From an uncultured Candidatus Saccharibacteria bacterium (GTDB lineage Bacteria > Patescibacteriota > Saccharimonadia > Saccharimonadales > Saccharimonadaceae): a stretch of 64,000 nt of DNA. Positions 1 through 8,997 of this stretch are shown in pieces (within the stretch, counting starts at the first letter, position 1; each line of letters begins with the position of its first letter). The notes below the pieces were generated by a model. That model worked only from the letters and a program-made list of their open reading frames with translations. It was not told the DNA's origin and made no database searches. The stretch lies in the NCBI GenBank assembly GCA_947085525.1, contig CAMTWU010000003.1, positions 25,866 through 89,865 on the forward strand, given 5' to 3'. The position numbers and the translations under genes were made by a program.

Positions 1-382
1 TAATGAATACTGTGTCGTTGACGGTGCAGTAATCTACAGCAACTGGCTTGCCTGTCGCGATAACAGCAACAGCCTCGTCTAGATCTATGGGCAACCCCAA
101 ATCTTTTGCAAAATGATTCAGTGTCCCTAGAGGTAGGATAGCCATCGACGTATTGGTAACAACCGCAATGTTGGCGACAGCGTTTACTGTGCCATCTCCA
201 CCCGCTGCTACGATAATTTTTATTTTATGATTTTGTATCTGCTTTGTTAAACTCTCAATACCCTTGGTTATTTCTAAAAAAAACAACTCACCATCATATT
301 GTTTGAAAGCCTTTTTCAAATCGGCCAGCGATGTTGAGCTACTGCCAGACGATGGATTATATATGACGGCAGTTTTTGGCAT
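1..382 (-). CDS. Lipid/diacylglycerol kinase family protein (DAGK catalytic domain, YegS/BmrU-like). Only the N-terminal part is present; the C-terminus runs off the window.
   Basis: Not in the ORF track because there is no stop in the window. Reverse translation from the ATG at 382-380 reads MPKTAVIYNPSSGSS...KIIVAAGGDGTVNAVANI...AILPLGTLNHFAKDLG. This carries the GGDGT and PxGTxNxFA motifs of the DAGK_cat fold. The ATG shares one base with the TAA of the upstream PAP2 gene. Confidence 0.75.
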   Translation of the reverse strand, partial: MPKTAVIYNPSSGSSSTSLADLKKAFKQYDGELFFLEITKGIESLTKQIQNHKIKIIVAAGGDGTVNAVANIAVVTNTSMAILPLGTLNHFAKDLGLPIDLDEAVAVIATGKPVAVDYCTVNDTVFI

Positions 383-912
383 TATATTTTCAGTAGCTTT
401 ATGATTACTGCCAGGCTAATCGTGCCTAAAAACCAGCCCATCACAACGTCTGATGGAAAGTGTGCACCCAGGTAGACTCGGGATATTCCTACCAATAATA
501 TTATTCCCACTAGCACACCAGGGACAATAATATTCCACGGGTTAGGAAGGTGAACGTATGCCAAATATGCTAGCAGTCCGTAAAGTACCGTTGCTCCAAA
601 CGTATGACCACTAGGGAAGCTATAGCTTTGTATTTTCATACTTTCTACATATATAGTTTCAGGGCGTGTTCGGTGAACGAGGTATTTTATGATCGTATTT
701 CCGCCCATAGCTAGTGTAGTCGCGATCAGCGCGTAGGCGATTCGTTGGTAGCCTTTTATCGATGCACACGTGGCAGATATAACAGCTAGAGTGATGATGA
801 ATGTTGGGTGACCAATAAAGCTAATGGCAGTCACGATAGGTAGTAAGTTAGCTGGCATGTGTTTCACCCAAACAGCTATAGTTTCGTCAAAATTTCGTAA
901 CATTTGATGCAT
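382..912 (-). CDS. PAP2-family phosphatase (phosphatidic acid / undecaprenyl-diphosphate phosphatase type)
   Basis: 176 aa polytopic membrane protein with all three acid-phosphatase motifs: KYLVHRTRP, PSGHT and SRVYLGAHFPSDV. Confidence 0.8.
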   Translation of the reverse strand: MHQMLRNFDETIAVWVKHMPANLLPIVTAISFIGHPTFIITLAVISATCASIKGYQRIAYALIATTLAMGGNTIIKYLVHRTRPETIYVESMKIQSYSFPSGHTFGATVLYGLLAYLAYVHLPNPWNIIVPGVLVGIILLVGISRVYLGAHFPSDVVMGWFLGTISLAVIIKLLKI

Positions 913-965
913 ATTACCAGTATAACAAACAGTGGCTGGCTATGCGGGTGCTACACGTGTAAGCT

Positions 966-1721
966 TTATTCCATACTAGGCATAGTTGCCGGCTCTGACT
1001 GACCAGGTATTATGTATTGGTTTTCACCTAGTTCTTTGACTGGGCTCGGTGCTTTTATCGATACACCACTATATTCAAATGTAGTTACAGTTGTGCCGTC
1101 GCTGGTTTTACGTAACTGATAGTCTTTGTCGTCAAACCAAATTGTTTGTTTTTGGTCTTGTGCGCTAGAGTCTATTACTTCATATTTGAAACACATCAAA
1201 TCACCGCATTTTTCTTTGCCAATTTTCTTGTATGTAGTGGTATTTTTTGCCTCTTCTGTTTCACCTTCTTTTTTGGCTGGTTCTTTGAACTCTACTTTTT
1301 GTTCTTGCGTCTTCTCTTGCTCTGTATCTTTTGCAGTTTGTTTGTACCATACGTCACCAGATTTAGTATAGGTTACTTTTTCGATGGTTATTGTTTCGTA
1401 CGGGCTACCGTTCATATCCATTTTCATATGGCTTTTTTCGCCATCAATTTCAAATACACTTTTGTTACCATCTGCGTCAGTTGTGGTCATCCTGTATTGT
1501 TTGTTTGCTTTCCAGCTAGATAGAAATTTACAGACGTCTTCGTCATCTGACTCACATGGTACATTAGCCACACTGCCACCAATTCCATTAGAGGCTTGGT
1601 CTTTGTTAAGGGCTTTGTACGCACCATATCCGACCGCACCAATCAAAACTACGACGATCACGGCTATTAATATGGTCGAAAAGCCACGTTCGTCTTTATA
1701 CATTTTCAAGTTCATATACAT
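966..1721 (-). CDS. Hypothetical membrane-anchored or secreted protein
   Basis: 251 aa ORF with one N-terminal hydrophobic helix (STILIAVIVVVLIGAVGYGAY) and a Lys/Glu/Thr-rich body. I recognise no domain. The overlapping plus-strand ORFs look like shadow ORFs. Confidence 0.5.
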   Translation of the reverse strand: MYMNLKMYKDERGFSTILIAVIVVVLIGAVGYGAYKALNKDQASNGIGGSVANVPCESDDEDVCKFLSSWKANKQYRMTTTDADGNKSVFEIDGEKSHMKMDMNGSPYETITIEKVTYTKSGDVWYKQTAKDTEQEKTQEQKVEFKEPAKKEGETEEAKNTTTYKKIGKEKCGDLMCFKYEVIDSSAQDQKQTIWFDDKDYQLRKTSDGTTVTTFEYSGVSIKAPSPVKELGENQYIIPGQSEPATMPSME

Positions 1722-1848
1722 TTCCTGCTTATGGTTAGTTAGCTTTATTTTAGTCCCCGTAGAGCTTTGTTGTCAAATCTTAACCAAGCTAACAGCGCTA
1801 CCAATAATATGGTACAATAAAGGTAATTAAACAGATTGGAATCACAAA

Positions 1849-1926
1849 ATGGCAAAGCACAAAAATTGGCACAGCGCTACGCGCAAACGACTTTTGAAGA
1901 AAAAGCTCAAAAAAGCTGCAAAATAA
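1849..1926 (+). CDS. Candidate 25-aa highly basic peptide (ribosomal-protein-like composition)
   Basis: ATG..TAA ORF MAKHKNWHSATRKRLLKKKLKKAAK in an otherwise empty 308-nt gap between two minus-strand genes. The SD is weak (ggaa). It is below the length cutoff of the ORF track. Confidence 0.2.
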   Translation: MAKHKNWHSATRKRLLKKKLKKAAK

Positions 1927-2029
1927 TCTAGACTTGTTTGGTGACTTACTAGCGAACTCATCTTTCATTTCCTTCGGACAGTAATAACCTTGCTCTCGAG
2001 GTATATGTCTAGTGTAGTGACACTTATAC

Positions 2030-2317
2030 TTAGGAATAGATCAGTATACCAATCACTATGATACTTTCCGTTAACATCCATAAAGAGCTTGAAATAATTA
2101 AGGGCGTATTTTTTATTTTTATACCATATGCAAGCCATACCACAGCCGCAATTGCGAATAATAACCATGTAACTAAAGAAATAGCCGTTGTGTCTTTGGT
2201 GGTGAAAATATCTACGATCTGTGGAATTGTGGAAAGGGGTTCAATAATAGCAACAGCTAGAACAAGTTTCTCTAGAATACCGCCATTTTTATTCTTTACT
2301 ACATGTCTGCTCATCAA
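2030..2317 (-). CDS. SemiSWEET / PQ-loop (MtN3-like) three-helix sugar transporter
   Basis: 95 aa with three predicted TM helices. It has the PQ motif (LSTIPQIVDIF), then a TK..T.AISL stretch, WLAYG and a conserved Pro (NTPLI), as in bacterial SemiSWEETs. Confidence 0.65.
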   Translation of the reverse strand: MMSRHVVKNKNGGILEKLVLAVAIIEPLSTIPQIVDIFTTKDTTAISLVTWLLFAIAAVVWLAYGIKIKNTPLIISSSLWMLTESIIVIGILIYS

Positions 2318-2388
2318 CAGTAATCATAACAGATTTTCATAGCATAATATGTTAGTATCTGAATAGATAATCAGGAGGGGAGAACTTT

Positions 2389-2670
2389 ATGTCATTTCAA
2401 GCATATCTAGATAATATAGAAGAAAAAACTGGTAAAACACCGAACGAATTTATTGCTATGGCAAAGGAAAAAGGCTATGACGATCCCACAACAAAATCAG
2501 GAGTAATCGTTGACTGGTTAAAACAAGATTTCGATCTAGGTCGTGGTCATGCAATGGCGCTAGTTCACGTTATCAAAAATGGTGCCAAGATCAGTGATAA
2601 ACATGTTGGTACTGACACTGTGCACAACGATCTATCAAACACTCTAAAACTCGACGGCAAAGATCAATAA
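2389..2670 (+). CDS. DUF4287-family small protein
   Basis: The N-terminus MSFQAYLDNIEEKTGKTPNEFIAMAKEKG is the characteristic DUF4287 opening. A strong SD (aggagggg) lies upstream. Confidence 0.65.
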   Translation: MSFQAYLDNIEEKTGKTPNEFIAMAKEKGYDDPTTKSGVIVDWLKQDFDLGRGHAMALVHVIKNGAKISDKHVGTDTVHNDLSNTLKLDGKDQ

Positions 2671-2671
2671 A

Positions 2672-3052
2672 CTAGTTACTAAGAACAGATAGAATATTAC
2701 CAGCGGGGTCTTTGAACCACGCGATATCTGGTCCACGATTGACGGCTTCGCCGCGTGCAATGGCTTTTTCGTCTTGACCCATTTCTGGATAGCGTTCAAA
2801 CTCGATGCCTTTGCCGACCAGCTCGTCGACAGTTGTATCAATATCGTCAACGACAAAATTTAATACCGTGAAAGTTGCAGGTTCGTGATTGTCCTTTTGA
2901 TACAAAAATATGTTGTAGTCACCCGAAACTGTCAGTTTCAGACCCATCCAATCCTCGTCTACTTTTAGTCCTAAAGTCTCCTCATAAAATTCTTTGGCTT
3001 TTGCTATATCATTAACCGAGTAACCACTAAACGCTGTATTGTCTTTTAACAT
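2672..3052 (-). CDS. VOC / glyoxalase-bleomycin resistance family protein
   Basis: 126 aa with the pattern [20 protein letters not shown]...[12 protein letters not shown] typical of the VOC beta-alpha-beta-beta-beta fold. Confidence 0.7.
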   Translation of the reverse strand: MLKDNTAFSGYSVNDIAKAKEFYEETLGLKVDEDWMGLKLTVSGDYNIFLYQKDNHEPATFTVLNFVVDDIDTTVDELVGKGIEFERYPEMGQDEKAIARGEAVNRGPDIAWFKDPAGNILSVLSN

Positions 3053-3111
3053 TTCACACCTCCCTTTATTTCTATTTTTATTATACTCTCAGTTTTTATA
3101 TAATACTAAGT

Positions 3112-3531
3112 ATGAGCACACTAAAAACAAGACTAAACGATGCTAGTGTAGAGGATTTTATAACTACCTCAACTAGTGGAGTGAAAAGGGATGACAGCTT
3201 TGTCCTATTGGAACTATATTCGAAAGTAACTGGCGAAAAACCAAGAATGTGGGGCACAAGTATCATTGGTTTTGGTTTGTATCACTACAAATCCGAGCGC
3301 AGTAGTCAGGAAGGTGATTGGCCGCTGGCGGCTTTTTCACCTAGAAAGCAAAGTCTAACATTATACGTATCACCTGGATTTAATGGCTACTCTGAATTAT
3401 TAGCTAAATTAGGCAAGCACAAAACCAGCAAAGCATGTTTGTATATCAACAAACTGGCTGATGTTGATATAGAGATACTAGAGCAAATTGTCAAAAAATC
3501 GTATATAGATTCAAAGGAAAAACTAATCTAG
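3112..3531 (+). CDS. DUF1801 (YdhG-like) domain protein
   Basis: 139 aa. The sequence SVEDFI...GEKPRMWGTSIIGFGLYHYK...W...AFSPRKQSLTLY matches the DUF1801 pattern. Confidence 0.65.
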   Translation: MSTLKTRLNDASVEDFITTSTSGVKRDDSFVLLELYSKVTGEKPRMWGTSIIGFGLYHYKSERSSQEGDWPLAAFSPRKQSLTLYVSPGFNGYSELLAKLGKHKTSKACLYINKLADVDIEILEQIVKKSYIDSKEKLI

Positions 3532-3592
3532 CCTAATGTAAATTTGCGAAAATATTGCTATTTATACCATACTATGACATAATATGTATTAA

Positions 3593-5704
3593 ATGAGCAA
3601 AGGTTATAATCTGCCAAGAGCAGAATCTGAATTAGAGGTCGTAGAATCAACATTCGACTACGGTGCTGGTATTCAGAGTTATATCGATGATGCCGAAAAA
3701 AACAATATATTGCGCCCGCATCAGGTAGGTGTATTTAATGATATTCAAGAGTTCATGGCACAGTCCGGAGAACGAAGAGGCTACGTACAATTTCCTACTG
3801 GGACTGGTAAAACCGTTATATTTGTTGAATTATCAAAAGCAATACTAGAGACTGAAAACAAAGAAGGCAAACGACCAAAGATACTAGTTGTCACTCCGAA
3901 AGTTGATTTGGTGCATCAGACAGTTGGTAAAACCAAGAAAAAGGGCTATGGAAAGTTTGCCCCCGACCTAAAGGTTAGTGCATATTTTTCTGATAGTACA
4001 GAAGAAGACAGAAGGTCTTTGCAGAGTTCAGATGTAGTAGTTACCACATATAAATCGATGAACCTCATGACGCAACAAGGCCAATTCGAAGAACGAACGT
4101 CAGAAGAGGTTGAGGCAATGGTACAGGCAAAACTAAAAAAAATTATTCAACAGGACGGTGCATATTTTGGTAGAATTCCAGGAAAGTTTAACACGATGTC
4201 TCAACAGCTGACTAATGCAGAAGGCTTTCTTTTTGGGCAGGATATGCGCAACAAACCCACTAACAAAGCCCTGATTGATCTTTTTGATGTCATCATTCTA
4301 GACGAAGTACACCACGTTATGGGTGAAACAGCAGGGCGGATTGTCGAATCATTGCCACGACACAAGCCAATCATTGGGTTTACGGCGACCCCAGATGCAA
4401 ACCAAAAGCGCAAAGTAGAATCACGTCTGCCACAAAAAATCCATAATTTAGAAGTAAATGAAGCTATTGGTATGGGGCTATTATCACCTATCGTTCCAAT
4501 TGGTGTAAAAAGTAGTGTAGCAATGGCTGGTCATGATATTTTCGATGCAGAAGGTGAATATTTAGATGAAAAAATCAGCCACCTGGCAAGTTCAGCAATA
4601 CGTAACAGTGTGATAGTGAACATGGCCAAGGTGTTGGCGGACGAGAAAATAGGCACAATTGTTAGCAGTCTGCCAGGAGACAGGGCGCTGCATAGCCGAT
4701 TACTTGCACAGCAAATGCGCGCTGCAGGCATCAAGGCTGAAGCTGTACACAAGGATGTTACATCTGTAGAAAGACAACGTATTTACGAAAGTTTTGAGAC
4801 GGGTGAGATCGATGTTCTAACATATGTGGAGGTGCTCGGTGAAGGTTGGGACAGTGAACGCGCAAAAGCTATTATTAATGGACGGCCGACCAGGTCTCTG
4901 ATTATTGCGAAACAACGCCTAGGTAGAATACTTCGTCCCGGCAACTTTGCATTATCTATTGATGTCATTGATAAATATGACAAATTTAATCCACCCCTGC
5001 TTACGAGTGACTTACTTGACGGTTCAGATATCGATCGGGGCCAAATATTTGGTACGCTGACACCTGAACAACAGGAGCAAAAGGATAGAGTTCTATCCGA
5101 GCTTGGTCGTGTAGCAGGCATAGTTCCACACCTACCGGCTGACTACACAAATTTTCACGCAAGCCTCAGCGACTACAGTCCAATTGTCGGTGGTAATATC
5201 GCATCAACTACGGGAAAAAGCTACTCTGTTGCTAAAAGCGTGGTCAGAACTACAAAAGGAATATCGGAAGAAATTTTAGATAAATTATGGGCAGACAGCG
5301 GCCGAAACCCCGATGTTATGGAAGGTGTCTCTGGCTATACAATTCGTCGTGGATACGAGCGGAAAGAATCTGAAAAACTAATTGCGGCAATTCCAGAAAA
5401 TAATCCGGAAAAAGTACTAAAAGAAAAAGATGGCTCTCAGTGGATGTCGTCAGAGGGACTAGTCGTCCTTTTTGGTAATCGTTATCCTAAACTGAATAAA
5501 GTAACAATGGAAAAAATTTTAAATGAAGTTAAAGACCTGCTAGATTGGAAACCGCTTGTATTCCAGGAGCCACCCCATGCAGGTTCATCAACCAGGCCAT
5601 TTGTATATAAAGCCTACAAAGCTGATGACAGTAGTATCGAGATGCTAAATAACCAACTAAGAGACTATTTTATAACCATGGAACAGCTCGAAAATGACAA
5701 GTAA
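3593..5704 (+). CDS. Superfamily-2 DEAD/DEAH (ResIII-type) helicase with a roughly 230-aa C-terminal extension of unknown function
   Basis: 703 aa. Walker A is FPTGTGKT, motif II is LDEVHH, motif III is GFTATP and motif VI is QRLGRILR. I do not recognise the C-terminal third. Confidence 0.8.
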   Translation: MSKGYNLPRAESELEVVESTFDYGAGIQSYIDDAEKNNILRPHQVGVFNDIQEFMAQSGERRGYVQFPTGTGKTVIFVELSKAILETENKEGKRPKILVVTPKVDLVHQTVGKTKKKGYGKFAPDLKVSAYFSDSTEEDRRSLQSSDVVVTTYKSMNLMTQQGQFEERTSEEVEAMVQAKLKKIIQQDGAYFGRIPGKFNTMSQQLTNAEGFLFGQDMRNKPTNKALIDLFDVIILDEVHHVMGETAGRIVESLPRHKPIIGFTATPDANQKRKVESRLPQKIHNLEVNEAIGMGLLSPIVPIGVKSSVAMAGHDIFDAEGEYLDEKISHLASSAIRNSVIVNMAKVLADEKIGTIVSSLPGDRALHSRLLAQQMRAAGIKAEAVHKDVTSVERQRIYESFETGEIDVLTYVEVLGEGWDSERAKAIINGRPTRSLIIAKQRLGRILRPGNFALSIDVIDKYDKFNPPLLTSDLLDGSDIDRGQIFGTLTPEQQEQKDRVLSELGRVAGIVPHLPADYTNFHASLSDYSPIVGGNIASTTGKSYSVAKSVVRTTKGISEEILDKLWADSGRNPDVMEGVSGYTIRRGYERKESEKLIAAIPENNPEKVLKEKDGSQWMSSEGLVVLFGNRYPKLNKVTMEKILNEVKDLLDWKPLVFQEPPHAGSSTRPFVYKAYKADDSSIEMLNNQLRDYFITMEQLENDK

Positions 5705-5785
5705 TTCAAAACAACAAATTTTAGTTGCCAATTATATATAAATATGTTAAAATTAGTCAATAATATGAATGTGGAGACTCAATAA

Positions 5786-7468
5786 ATGTCATTTAATACC
5801 AATGCTGAGAAAATTTCAAGCCAACGCCAACCCGAACTTCTAGCAGAAGTAATTGTTCGTTGTAACGATAGGCTCGATGAACTAGAAGAAGAAAGAAGTT
5901 TCGTTAATCCTGATACAGAATTTGATAGGCAAGAGACTCTTGATTTACTAAACCAAGATTTTGACCTAATACCATTTGAAGATCTGCGAGATTCTTTAAA
6001 AGGAAACGAGTTAGAACATAAAAAGGCAAATCGATCTGTATCTAATGTGGACAAAGAGATCGACCTTGAATCTAGGCGTTTAGATGCTTTAGCTCGATCA
6101 CTTCCAGCTCATGTTCGTGAGCAAGCGATAAAGGCAGCTCAAGCGAAAATTGACGAGTTCAAAGACCGTTTTGAACCCGGACATAGTGAAAGGCATGCAA
6201 GACTAAGTAGCCTCGCTGTGCAAATAGCCCTAACTAGCGACGCAGAGGCACTTTTTAGTCGTGAATGGTATGTAGCTGCAGAAAATAGGCCCGAAGAAGA
6301 AGTATTTACAAGTGATAATCACTGGGATGATGAAGAGGAAACTGAAACTACAGAAGTATCTGTAGATGATGAAGAGCAGGTAGAAGAAGAGCAAGAGCTA
6401 GGTCCATATGCCGAGCTTGCTGATCAGATACCAACCTTGACCGATCGTCTAGAGCGGTCTTATTCGTCGCACCAACATATCTATGGAGAAATCGAAACAG
6501 CGTATACTGTATTGACTCGTATTCTTGATCCAAATTTTGATTTTGATACCGCAACTGACGAAGAAAAAGCAGCATATACACAAGTCAAGGTTGTACTGCC
6601 AAAGTTTATACCTAGTCTCATGAAAAATGGCGAGCTACAACTAGACCACCCATTACTAAAAGTCTATACAACAGAAGATATTGATGATTTGCAACGACGG
6701 TTTAGAGCTTTTTCACCGAAAGACCGCGCTGAATTTGACGGACTAGAGTCTCGTGTTTTACAGACTGCTGAGGTAGCTTTTAATTATCCAGATAGCCAGA
6801 TACCAAAAGATCTTGAAGGGGCCTTAGAACGTATGCATGCTGAAGCACCTAATCGAATTGGGTTGCGATGGGACAAGCTTAACAAATATGCCGATCTTGC
6901 ATCTGATGCAATTCGACAAAAAATGAAAGGTGGAGGCAAGCAAAATCTGTATCTAAAAGAGTATATTTTTGATGCTCGAGATACTAGTGGAACCGAACCA
7001 AACTTTTCATTCATATATCAGTTTATTGCAGACGAATTTGCTCTGGAAGTACATGCGAAACGGCTTGATGTAAAATCTAAAATGACGAATACACGTTTTG
7101 AAAATAACTACCACATCATAACTGAATGGTACAAAGAAGCAAAAGATCTAATAGACCAAGTTCCACGGGAAATATGTTTAGCAAAGAGAAACAGGGGAAG
7201 AGTTGTCACTAGACATGGTGGCAAAGAGCAATTCAACGCATGGTCGGCCGTGCGTTCAATCACCGGTCTGATCGAAGATATCAGCATTCGTCGGAATGGA
7301 ACAGGTGATCCTAAAGTACTGAGACATAAGTCTGTTGAACGCGATTATCAAGGTGCTCTTAATGCCCAGTTTGCATTGGGTCATATGGTAGACGAAATGA
7401 TCGAAAGACTACGCATCCACGGCATTGCTCCTGACTATGTTAGTGAAGACATTACACCTCTGGACTAA
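5786..7468 (+). CDS. Hypothetical acidic protein (560 aa), second gene of the helicase cluster
   Basis: Long uninterrupted ORF with an SD (tggaga) upstream. It contains an acidic tract WDDEEETETTEVSVDDEEQVEEEQE. No motif recognised. Confidence 0.6.
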   Translation: MSFNTNAEKISSQRQPELLAEVIVRCNDRLDELEEERSFVNPDTEFDRQETLDLLNQDFDLIPFEDLRDSLKGNELEHKKANRSVSNVDKEIDLESRRLDALARSLPAHVREQAIKAAQAKIDEFKDRFEPGHSERHARLSSLAVQIALTSDAEALFSREWYVAAENRPEEEVFTSDNHWDDEEETETTEVSVDDEEQVEEEQELGPYAELADQIPTLTDRLERSYSSHQHIYGEIETAYTVLTRILDPNFDFDTATDEEKAAYTQVKVVLPKFIPSLMKNGELQLDHPLLKVYTTEDIDDLQRRFRAFSPKDRAEFDGLESRVLQTAEVAFNYPDSQIPKDLEGALERMHAEAPNRIGLRWDKLNKYADLASDAIRQKMKGGGKQNLYLKEYIFDARDTSGTEPNFSFIYQFIADEFALEVHAKRLDVKSKMTNTRFENNYHIITEWYKEAKDLIDQVPREICLAKRNRGRVVTRHGGKEQFNAWSAVRSITGLIEDISIRRNGTGDPKVLRHKSVERDYQGALNAQFALGHMVDEMIERLRIHGIAPDYVSEDITPLD

Positions 7469-7473
7469 TAACT

Positions 7474-8748
7474 ATGGCTGAAATTTACGACGAAGTAGCT
7501 GGACTGAAACCCTGGAGACCCAATTACACATTTAACGAACCGTTAAATGTTGTTGTTTTTGATAGCTTAGTTTCTCGGTTAAACATGGTAAAAGTACAGC
7601 ATGACAACGATAATATACTATACGCGGGTGCGCACGGCGTTATATATGAATCGGTAGATCCAATAGCAGTTACTGCACGTTCTCAAACACTAGGACTTCA
7701 TCCAATACCACATGTTTTTGAACCAACAAAGGCCGTGGAGGAAGGTGGATTTATTGAAGAAGCGAGAGCTCGTGAACTACAATTAGCTATTACCAGAGCT
7801 TCTATTAAATCGGCTATTGATTCTGAAGTAGCTGAAGATTTTGATAAATCAGTACAGGACATCATCGAATCATTACGCGACGTGAAGATACGGGTACATG
7901 ATAGAGAACTACTACAGGAAAGTGCCGTTTTGCCTCGTCATGATATGTTCAGAGCTTTACTAGAGGCTTCTAAGCAGCACAAAACTATCACAAAGGACAA
8001 GTCAAGCACATTAGCTGGCATGATAAGTAGTGCTGTTGAGCTGGTATATAATCATAAAACCGAAGAACATGATATTTGGCAAAATTCCCCTGCTAGTAGG
8101 AATTTTGCTGAACGGTTTGCAACAAAGCGAAAACCACGAGCAAGAAGAGCTAAAGTAAAAACTACAAATTCAAAAAAGACTAAGCCTGAAAAATATTTAT
8201 CTATACCCCAAACACCAGAAGAAACATTCTTTACTCGAATTCGTCTAAAAGGTGCACCAAATGATTTAGGAAAGCGACGAGAATGGTTGCATGAAAAATA
8301 CATTAAAGAAGGTCTAGAGTTCCCAGAGCATACCGAAGAACAAAAGGTAGCAACGGTTAGAAGTGGCGTTAATGCATACCTAGAAACATATACAAAACAA
8401 AGAGGTCCAAACCAACCGCTAAGCGTACAAATAACAGATTATCTGAGAACTGCTCAAAAAGAAAAAGTGTTCAAAAAAATACTAACAATAGGTAATCTAT
8501 TTGCAGCAAAAATAAATGATTTTAGTAAATATGATGACTCACAGGAAAAGCCTATAAAAGCACCAGGTATTGACTGTAATACAGCATCAATACTTGCATC
8601 ATTTCAAATAATGAGAAGAAAGCTAAGTGGAAAATATGACAACGAAAAAAATGAATCTGAAAGTGCAAAACAGATTGCCGATCTATTAGAGCTATACATA
8701 GCCTCAACCAGTTTTGACTATGATTTCAGTCGAGCAGTACGATTTTAA
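7474..8748 (+). CDS. Hypothetical protein (424 aa) with an internal Lys/Arg tract, third gene of the helicase cluster
   Basis: It starts 6 nt after the preceding stop. The basic tract is KRKPRARRAKVKTTNSKKTKPEK. No domain recognised. Confidence 0.6.
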   Translation: MAEIYDEVAGLKPWRPNYTFNEPLNVVVFDSLVSRLNMVKVQHDNDNILYAGAHGVIYESVDPIAVTARSQTLGLHPIPHVFEPTKAVEEGGFIEEARARELQLAITRASIKSAIDSEVAEDFDKSVQDIIESLRDVKIRVHDRELLQESAVLPRHDMFRALLEASKQHKTITKDKSSTLAGMISSAVELVYNHKTEEHDIWQNSPASRNFAERFATKRKPRARRAKVKTTNSKKTKPEKYLSIPQTPEETFFTRIRLKGAPNDLGKRREWLHEKYIKEGLEFPEHTEEQKVATVRSGVNAYLETYTKQRGPNQPLSVQITDYLRTAQKEKVFKKILTIGNLFAAKINDFSKYDDSQEKPIKAPGIDCNTASILASFQIMRRKLSGKYDNEKNESESAKQIADLLELYIASTSFDYDFSRAVRF

Positions 8749-8890
8749 AAATTGTTAGTTCTAATTTCTCTACATATCCAAAATCAATAATAGCTTCAGC
8801 GAGCTGACTATCTGTACATATAGTCGAAAGAAGTCATATAATTATTGTATAAATTACCAAGCTGTCTGCGATGAGAGTACTACGCTATTT

Positions 8891-8908
8891 TTGGCTGGGG
8901 CGGAGGGA
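8891..8908 (-). repeat. Degenerate duplicate of a tRNA-Gln 3' end (att-like scar)
   Basis: ttggctggggcggaggga matches 16 of 18 nt of ttggctagggtggaggga (8923-8940). The latter is the CCA end, acceptor and T-stem of the adjacent tRNA. Read on the minus strand the copy ends ...CCCCAGCCA, as a canonical tRNA-Gln does. Confidence 0.6.
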
Positions 8909-8923
8909 GTAATCTATTTGTCT

Positions 8924-8997
8924 TGGCTAGGGTGGAGGGATTCGAACCCCCGATCACGGGACCAGAACCCGTTGCCTTACCACTTGGCCACACCCTA
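8924..8997 (-). tRNA. tRNA-Gln (anticodon CUG), CCA encoded
   Basis: The minus strand reads TAGGGTG TG GCCAAGTGGTAAGGC A ACGGG TTCTGGT CCCGT GATC GGGGG TTCGAAT CCCTC CACCCTA G CCA. The cloverleaf is complete. It has the U1-A72 pair and G73 typical of bacterial tRNA-Gln. Confidence 0.9.
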
